Shown here: piece by piece, positions 60,401 to 64,000 of the stretch
Position numbering within the stretch: position 1 is the first letter of the stretch
How the letters are laid out: every line of letters starts with the position of its first letter
From: Mizuhopecten yessoensis
Taxonomy: Eukaryota
Reading direction: 5' to 3'
Length of the DNA stretch: 64,000 bases
Assembly (NCBI RefSeq): GCF_002113885.1
Contig: NW_018406654.1
Span: 298,957 to 362,956, forward strand
Translations under genes and position numbers: made by a program
Notes under the pieces: model-generated
The model's database searches: none
Told to the model about the DNA's origin: nothing
The model's input: the letters and a program-made list of their open reading frames with translations, nothing else

Positions 60401-63400
60401 AAAAAATTCCAGGTAAGCATACTTTTTTTTCGCTTTTAGTCGTATTAAATGAATCATTTCATACTTATCCATTCGCCCTATATTAATGGATATATCTTTA
60501 ACATTCCATTCGTTTTCATTAGTCCATATACTCACTTTTAATGTGACATGATGATGTAAATGTTCAAAAAGGACTGAATTATTTGGATAAGATCAAGGTC
60601 AAGGTAACTGTTATTCAATATAGTTCAAGATGTTACGATTCTTGTCTCCTAATTCAAGAGATACTTACGTTTTTGAAGTATGAAATTGAGTTAAACGGTG
60701 GCAAAAGAGTTGTTTTTCTAAGGTCAAAGTCAAGGTTACTGTTACTAAAATTGGGCCATTTGGGTACAGTCAGACTTAATATGGAGTCGCAGAGACCTGA
60801 TAGTAACATTTTCATTCCCTAAATACATTATCAGACTTAGCTCTCATGAGAATCTGGAAAAAAAAGATAAAAGTAAAAGAAAGCATGACATAATTTGCAT
60901 AGTTTATACATACTATATAGTGCATTGTATATCCAATTGATATTGAACAAACGGTGACATTTAAGTCAAATAGAATACCAAATTTACCAAATACCCAAGT
61001 GATAAAAAAAAATATCACTTCGTCGTCTTGAAATTCAAAATTGGCAGATAGAAAAAGCAGAAACGTTCTAAAAAGCAACGGTAAATACATCGTACTTTCT
61101 ATTAAATAAACCATTTTTTTTTTTCATTAATTGTGTTTATTTATGTATGTATTTATGTATTTATTTATTTTTCAGTTCCATACAAGCAAACCGTGGTTCA
61201 ACAACGACCATGTAAGTTGATAAGCTCTATTGATGTGTGTGTATGCAAAATTGCTTTAAAACAAACCGGACATGGAAAAATATCAAGTTACAACCTACTT
61301 GTATCGAAATAACAATTTCTATTATATAGGCAACATATTTCTGAGATAATATATCAGTAAGAAGTATATTTTTATTTTATTTTGGAAAGTGAATGAAAAC
61401 GCTTAATTTGGTTGAAATGGTTAATTGATAAGGTTATACACTAATTTAATATCAATAATGTCATGATTCAGTTTACCTCATCTTAACAGTGTTATAATTC
61501 GATATTATTTATTATTTTACAGTTCCAGGTAAAGATGCACTCCTTCCTTGCACAGAATCACGTCAATATTTTGCCTCATGGTATATGTATCATATCAATG
61601 TGGAAAGTAATAAGGATCACTAATAAATAGTACACGAACAAAATAATGTTATTCAGATTATATAATAGTTTTCATATATGCAGCATGTTATTGAATTTTA
61701 TAGCAGCATTTTCCAAGTCCTTACCTTAGCTGCCGTGTTGTTTCTGTTATAATTAAAGATGAGTTTTACTTGCTGGTGGTATTTTATAAGTATAACACAA
61801 AATCAATCACATTTTCATTTAAAATACTATTTCAGAAATTATCCCATAGATATTTGTATATGTTAATGTTGAATTTTCTAAATGTAGTTTCATATGTAAT
61901 CCTTTGAAACGTTTTCCCCATATAATATCTTTGTATGTCGATGCATTGTATACTATTGTTTTTAATTATTTTTCTGATTTGTGTATTTATTTATGTTTCA
62001 GTTGTGCAAACAAGTAAGTATTTTCTAAATAACACAGGGCATAGTTACTATTGAAAGATCATGTGATACAAAGAGTACACAACGACAAATAGTTCTGCAT
62101 ATTTGAATAGGGAAAATGAAAAATATTGCTAAAGTACAATAGTGTAATATGCAATATTTTATATTCATTGGAAGATATCATTAACACCAAGTTACTGTTA
62201 AATACATAGATGCTACACAACGAGTACCGGGTTGATATCGTATTTATCTCACTCGAGTTAGATAATTTTCGAAAGTCACAAAAGATACGAGCTTTACTAT
62301 TATCATTTATTAATGTCATTATTGTATTACTACTTAAGCGGTGCATTCACTTTATGATCTTATTAAATGAAAAAACAATAAGAGCCACTGAACTTCATTT
62401 GAGTGTATGTGTATGGCATGGTATACCAGCCCCACATTTATACCAACACCGTCCAGCCATTACTTCATTGAACATAAACTCATTTACATAATATTAAGTA
62501 TAGTAGTTAAACCTCAGTACAGTGTCACTTGTTCTCTCGTGTATTGCCATCATATTACAGGTGCTCTTTTTCTTGAGGATCCATTCCTTTGTTTTCTTCT
62601 TAATGATTGTCAAACCCTTTTATAATGCCAAATTAAATATGGTGACGGTATAACGAGGTTTTCGTGGATCAGTTTTCTGTTTTATATTTATAACCGTTTG
62701 TATTTCTTATTTTTTTACAGAGGTGGTAGAAAGTAAGTATAGATCAATGCCGACAGTACTATATTAAAAATAGCGTTGCATGAAATATAACAAACAAATT
62801 AAGTAACTTATCAAGTAGATGTTATGTTTTTATCGGATAATTTTGCAACGAAAATTGTAAACACGAAAATCAGATGAATCGTTTGTTCCTCACCTAACAT
62901 ATCAAATATTCATTTAAGATACTCATTAGACATTGATGAGAAACATTGGTTACCTAACAGGCCTATATTTGCCTTTTTGAAATGATTAAATACACTATAT
63001 TATATAACACAATCATTTATCTGTGTAAAATATTTTGGTTTTATGATAATCATTAGATATTAATGAGAAACATTGGTTACCTAACAGGCCTATATTTGTC
63101 TTTTTGAAATGAATAAATACACTATATTATATTACACAATCATTTATCTGTGTAAATCTAAAAAGCATGTTTGAAATATGCAAAAAATTATGTATCCAAA
63201 TCAGGATTTACAAATCATAAGTCTAAGCATGTACGTGAGGAATTGGAAATCCTTTATATGAAAATATTTGTTTTGCACAAGTTGTACAATGGTATCTCAT
63301 AATCATATTTTCACATTTCTACTTTTCAGAACATATTAACCATGTACAGAAGGGTGAGTGTTAAGCCCATTAAAGTTTATTTATTATTTGTAACAAAGAT

Positions 63401-63987
63401 GTTGGGATCAATAAATAAAGTTATAGATGATGTTTGAATTTATAAATATAAAACTTTCTTTAAAAAAGAAAAGTTAAAAATAGTCGTTTGGTGTTTAAAA
63501 TCTGCCATCAATTACAACATAAATATTAACATAACAAAATTGATTGTCTTTTGATAATAATTCCGTCTTTGCGTATTGCAGAGTTATCTTCTCTTGGGAA
63601 CAGGTATTGATTGTTACGTCATTGGTTTGTGCGAGAAAATTACGTCGTTTTCTCAAAAATTGATGACGTTACTCTCGCAAACAAGTTACGTATCAATCAA
63701 TACCTGCTCCCAAGAGAAGATAACTCTGCAATAAGCAAAGACGGAATATCTCTAGGAGCGACACGATGTTAACATTTATAAAAATGACGTCATCTTAAAA
63801 AAAATGTGTTTACGGAAAGCTATGGTTTTTAAGCTTTAAATACATTTTCACTTGTAAAAAGAAATACGACAACGTTTTTTTTTTAAATTTTTGGATGCGC
63901 AATATGTTATTGATATGCTGAACCATAATTGACTCATTGTTTAATTTCTTTTTTCAGTTCCAGTAGTCCGTAATCATGTTCAAACAG
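25983..63987 (+). CDS. Micro-exon gene (at least 49 exons, 3' end beyond window) encoding a secreted Val/Lys/Pro/His-rich, articulin/alveolin-like repeat protein
   Basis: All internal exons are AG/GT-bounded, phase 1-1 and multiples of 3 nt. Spliced product (exons separated by spaces): MLSLVVTVVLL GLAAS DPSPPKSRRYGHN GPTFPI DPFPGPQ HPYRGQR HPIIP ARGHSNTKVI TVPKVHREQVGILHQEA VPVHQTQVVTNE RVKIVTQKQPVLVPQT RVQKILQQVPVQTV KKVAAPMIFKHK EIVPFIKERTNH VVHK IKVPKYITNTVVRK VPEPVAIPKI QTKH VHHVRTKVVHKHVPSP YRVD NYVK VPKH IIRN SPSP VPVK VADPKYIDRV HVKTQIVPKH IVHT VAKPIT KIKT EYKTIH KTVPIPSPMPKH FHHVKH VDRPIHHTRT VIKKVD VPKI VEKT RYHAVG VPVVKTNTVVKT NVVDRP IPKI FNRIHT VREKIP VPYKQTVVQQRP FP VVQT KVVE KHINHVQK VPVVRNHVQT. 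No stop in 1144 nt. The family label is by composition only. Confidence 0.92.
27475..27680. repeat. 46-bp tandem repeat (gagaagggagtctc...gattgagttaaaact), about 4.5 copies, with degenerate flanking copies
   Basis: Units start at 27521 and 27567; related motifs at ~27248 and ~28005. Confidence 0.9.
28341..28355 (+). CDS. Exon 2, 15 nt, GLAAS (end of signal peptide)
   Basis: tttgttgtag|gcctggccgcaagtg|gtaagt. Confidence 0.88.
31801..32010. repeat. Local tandem duplication of ~107 bp
   Basis: tattacatttaacc.agttttgctgctgta...gtgtaggataatgc occurs twice. Confidence 0.9.
33943..33970. other. Assembly ambiguity (N) next to a poly-G run
   Basis: ccn followed by 27 G; sequence, possibly including exons, could be missing here. 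Confidence 0.9.
34411..34449 (+). CDS. Exon 3, 39 nt, DPSPPKSRRYGHN
   Basis: branch-like tactaat, aaactctag|...cacaatg|gtaagt; weak pyrimidine tract. Confidence 0.7.
35223..35240 (+). CDS. Exon 4, 18 nt, GPTFPI
   Basis: cttactcag|gcccaacattccccattg|gtaagt. Confidence 0.75.
36212..36401. mobile_element. Palindromic MITE (~190 bp), TA-flanked
   Basis: Long TIRs ttccgtctttgcgtattgcagagttatcttctc / gagaagataactctgcaatacgcaaa.acggaa; four copies in the window. Confidence 0.88.
36889..36909 (+). CDS. Exon 5, 21 nt, DPFPGPQ (cassette copy 1)
   Basis: atcctcag|atccctttcctggaccccaac|gtgagt; weak acceptor. Confidence 0.65.
37726..37746 (+). CDS. Exon 6, 21 nt, HPYRGQR (cassette copy 2)
   Basis: atccccag|atccttatcgtggacaacgac|gtgagt; paralogous to exon 5. 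Confidence 0.65.
38505..38525 (+). pseudogene. Pseudo-exon, 21 nt, HTYPGIR (cassette copy 3; acceptor CAG changed to CAT)
   Basis: atgatcat|atacatatcctggaatccgac|gtgagt aligns to exons 5 and 6 but lacks the AG. Confidence 0.65.
39024..39038 (+). CDS. Exon 7, 15 nt, HPIIP
   Basis: ttttttgcag|acccgatcattccag|gtaaat. Confidence 0.85.
39223..39252 (+). CDS. Exon 8, 30 nt, ARGHSNTKVI
   Basis: gttttcag|caagg...gttataa|gtaagt. Confidence 0.87.
   Translation, partial: QGDIRIPRL
39925..39975 (+). CDS. Exon 9, 51 nt, TVPKVHREQVGILHQEA
   Basis: tatttttaag|ctgtac...gaagcgg|gtaagt. Confidence 0.87.
40058..40312 (-). mobile_element. Second copy of the L2/CR1-tail retroposon, in the intron between exons 9 and 10
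   Basis: Aligns along its length to 3424-3680; flanked by possible TSD cagtat (40052 and 40313). Confidence 0.75.
40706..40741 (+). CDS. Exon 10, 36 nt, VPVHQTQVVTNE
   Basis: tactaac branch; ttcttttgtag|tccct...gaac|gtaagt. Confidence 0.92.
41128..41175 (+). CDS. Exon 11, 48 nt, RVKIVTQKQPVLVPQT
   Basis: ttttttcag|gggtg...aacca|gtaagt. Confidence 0.92.
41308..41349 (+). CDS. Exon 12, 42 nt, RVQKILQQVPVQTV
   Basis: tcttttacag|gggtt...ctgtta|gtaagt. Confidence 0.92.
41523..41558 (+). CDS. Exon 13, 36 nt, KKVAAPMIFKHK
   Basis: ttaattacag|aaaaag...cataaag|gtaaac. Confidence 0.88.
41656..41848. mobile_element. Palindromic MITE, same family as 36212
   Basis: Same TIRs and interior. Confidence 0.88.
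42828..42863 (+). CDS. Exon 14, 36 nt, EIVPFIKERTNH
   Basis: tttcattcag|aaatt...atcacg|gtgagt. Confidence 0.92.
43182..43193 (+). CDS. Exon 15, 12 nt, VVHK
   Basis: gtattgcag|ttgttcataaaa|gtaagt. Confidence 0.88.
43823..43864 (+). CDS. Exon 16, 42 nt, IKVPKYITNTVVRK
   Basis: ttgttcccag|ttaaa...cgtaaag|gtaagt. Confidence 0.93.
44526..44555 (+). CDS. Exon 17, 30 nt, VPEPVAIPKI
   Basis: atatttcag|ttccc...aaatcc|gtacgt. Confidence 0.9.
44900..44911 (+). CDS. Exon 18, 12 nt, QTKH
   Basis: ttattccag|aaaccaagcacg|gtgagt. Confidence 0.9.
45790..45837 (+). CDS. Exon 19, 48 nt, VHHVRTKVVHKHVPSP
   Basis: ctcatttcag|tccat...tctccat|gtaagt. Confidence 0.93.
46624..46635 (+). CDS. Exon 20, 12 nt, YRVD
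   Basis: ttgttcacag|atcgtgtcgaca|gtgagt. Confidence 0.88.
47025..47036 (+). CDS. Exon 21, 12 nt, NYVK
   Basis: ttgttacag|attatgtcaaag|gtaagt. Confidence 0.9.
47447..47458 (+). CDS. Exon 22, 12 nt, VPKH
   Basis: cttctacag|taccaaagcaca|gtaagt. Confidence 0.9.
48280..48291 (+). CDS. Exon 23, 12 nt, IIRN
   Basis: ccctttgtag|ttattagaaatt|gtaagt. Confidence 0.87.
48670..48681 (+). CDS. Exon 24, 12 nt, SPSP
   Basis: ttatgaacag|ctccttccccgg|gtaagt. Confidence 0.9.
49128..49139 (+). CDS. Exon 25, 12 nt, VPVK
   Basis: cctccaacag|ttccagtgaagg|gtgagt. Confidence 0.9.
49562..49591 (+). CDS. Exon 26, 30 nt, VADPKYIDRV
   Basis: atctttacag|ttgcc...gtgtgc|gtaagt. Confidence 0.92.
49694..50243. mobile_element. 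Non-autonomous hairpin element of the same architecture, in the intron between exons 26 and 27
   Basis: Palindrome 49694-49839 centred on (cccgaggg)3; tttattacatactt 49841-49854 pairs with aagtatgtaataaa 50230-50243. Confidence 0.78.
50600..50629 (+). CDS. Exon 27, 30 nt, HVKTQIVPKH
   Basis: attttgcag|atgta...aacaca|gtaggt. Confidence 0.9.
50967..50978 (+). CDS. Exon 28, 12 nt, IVHT
   Basis: ttctttcag|tcgtccacactg|gtaaaa. Confidence 0.87.
51256..51273 (+). CDS. Exon 29, 18 nt, VAKPIT
   Basis: ttatttcag|tcgctaagccaattacca|gtaagt. Confidence 0.9.
51654..51665 (+). CDS. Exon 30, 12 nt, KIKT
   Basis: attttacag|agatcaaaacag|gtaaga. Confidence 0.88.
51919..51936 (+). CDS. Exon 31, 18 nt, EYKTIH
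   Basis: tttttttcag|aatataaaaccattcaca|gtaagt. Confidence 0.9.
52267..52302 (+). CDS. Exon 32, 36 nt, KTVPIPSPMPKH
   Basis: ttcttcaag|aaacc...aacact|gtgagt. Confidence 0.9.
52800..52817 (+). CDS. Exon 33, 18 nt, (F/I)HHVKH
   Basis: atcatttcag|ttcaccacgtgaaacacg|gtaagt. Confidence 0.9.
54022..54051 (+). CDS. Exon 34, 30 nt, VDRPIHHTRT
   Basis: cccttaacag|tcgac...gaacag|gtaaga. Confidence 0.92.
54327..54344 (+). CDS. Exon 35, 18 nt, VIKKVD
   Basis: ctcatttcag|tgatcaagaaagtggatg|gtaagt. Confidence 0.9.
54973..54984 (+). CDS. Exon 36, 12 nt, VPKI
   Basis: ttcatttcag|tacccaagatcg|gtaagt. Confidence 0.9.
55441..55452 (+). CDS. Exon 37, 12 nt, VEKT
   Basis: tgttttgcag|ttgagaagacac|gtaagt. Confidence 0.9.
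55734..55751 (+). CDS. Exon 38, 18 nt, RYHAVG
   Basis: ttcttaacag|gctaccatgcagttggag|gtgaga. Confidence 0.88.
55921..56428. mobile_element. Diverged hairpin element of the same architecture, in the intron between exons 38 and 39
   Basis: Imperfect palindrome 55921-56056; tgtcaccct 56062-56070 pairs with agggtgaca 56420-56428. Confidence 0.65.
57158..57193 (+). CDS. Exon 39, 36 nt, VPVVKTNTVVKT
   Basis: tatctttcag|tacct...aaacta|gtaagt. Confidence 0.92.
57464..57481 (+). CDS. Exon 40, 18 nt, NVVDRP
   Basis: acttaatag|atgtcgtggatcggccga|gtaagt. Confidence 0.9.
58010..58021 (+). CDS. Exon 41, 12 nt, IPKI
   Basis: aatccacag|tcccaaaaatct|gtaagt. Confidence 0.9.
59291..59308 (+). CDS. Exon 42, 18 nt, FNRIHT
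   Basis: ttcatttcag|tcaatcgaattcacactg|gtaagt. Confidence 0.9.
60395..60412 (+). CDS. Exon 43, 18 nt, VREKIP
   Basis: aaatttcag|ttagagaaaaaattccag|gtaagc. Confidence 0.9.
61176..61211 (+). CDS. Exon 44, 36 nt, VPYKQTVVQQRP
   Basis: atttttcag|ttcca...gaccat|gtaagt. Confidence 0.92.
61523..61528 (+). CDS. Exon 45, 6 nt, FP
   Basis: attttacag|ttccag|gtaaag; gives RP-FP-VV in register. Confidence 0.78.
62002..62013 (+). CDS. Exon 46, 12 nt, VVQT
   Basis: atgtttcag|ttgtgcaaacaa|gtaagt. Confidence 0.9.
62721..62732 (+). CDS. Exon 47, 12 nt, KVVE
   Basis: ttttttacag|aggtggtagaaa|gtaagt. Confidence 0.9.
62925..63156. repeat. Local tandem duplication of ~127 bp
   Basis: gagaaacattggttacctaacaggcctatatttg...tctgtgtaaa at 62938 and 63065. 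Confidence 0.92.
63330..63353 (+). CDS. Exon 48, 24 nt, KHINHVQK
   Basis: acttttcag|aacat...cagaagg|gtgagt. Confidence 0.9.
63559..63748. mobile_element. Palindromic MITE, same family, opposite orientation
   Basis: Same TIRs; interior is the reverse complement of the 36212 and 41656 copies. Confidence 0.88.
63958..63987 (+). CDS. Exon 49, 30 nt, VPVVRNHVQT
   Basis: tttttttcag-type acceptor|ttcca...caaacag|gtaata; the gene continues past the window. Confidence 0.9.
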
Positions 63988-64000
63988 GTAATATACAAAT

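Noticed and set aside
61720-61750. Minus-strand micro-exon-like site (acag|19 nt|gtaagg); a similar one lies near 11812-11830
   Set aside because: Isolated 19-nt pieces with no consistent antisense series; expected by chance.
1941-62625. The 60-120 aa ORFs in the supplied track as genes
   Set aside because: They have AT-rich intron-like composition, many use non-ATG starts, and several overlap repeats. Those touching real coding sequence (e.g. 25893-26117, 43756-43947, 53873-54055) only run across a micro-exon.

Overview
AT-rich eukaryotic (animal) genomic DNA; the repeat content suggests a mollusc, probably a bivalve (inference). There are no prokaryotic features, and almost all ORFs in the supplied track are spurious. 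The main feature is missed by the ORF track: a + strand micro-exon gene starting at a TATA promoter (~25871) and ATG (25983) and running off the right edge. I read 49 GT-AG exons by hand: a first exon with 34 coding nt plus 48 internal exons of 6-51 nt. All internal exons are phase 1-1 and multiples of 3, and they splice into one stop-free ORF of about 381 codons. It encodes a signal peptide, a short Pro/Gly/Arg-rich leader and a long Val/Lys/Pro/His-rich region resembling articulin/alveolin VPV repeats. The last 40 exons are all multiples of 6 nt, and all 33 prolines they encode fall on one residue parity, so exon structure appears to preserve a two-residue (beta-strand) register as well as reading frame. 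The window also shows a tandem triplication of one micro-exon cassette with a dead third copy, a probable broken 12-nt exon, a CAGGTA cluster at the promoter, a Runx/GATA/ETS motif cluster, three hairpin elements with an internal region complementary to both ends, SINEs, MITEs and minisatellites. Coordinates were counted manually and no expression data were available.
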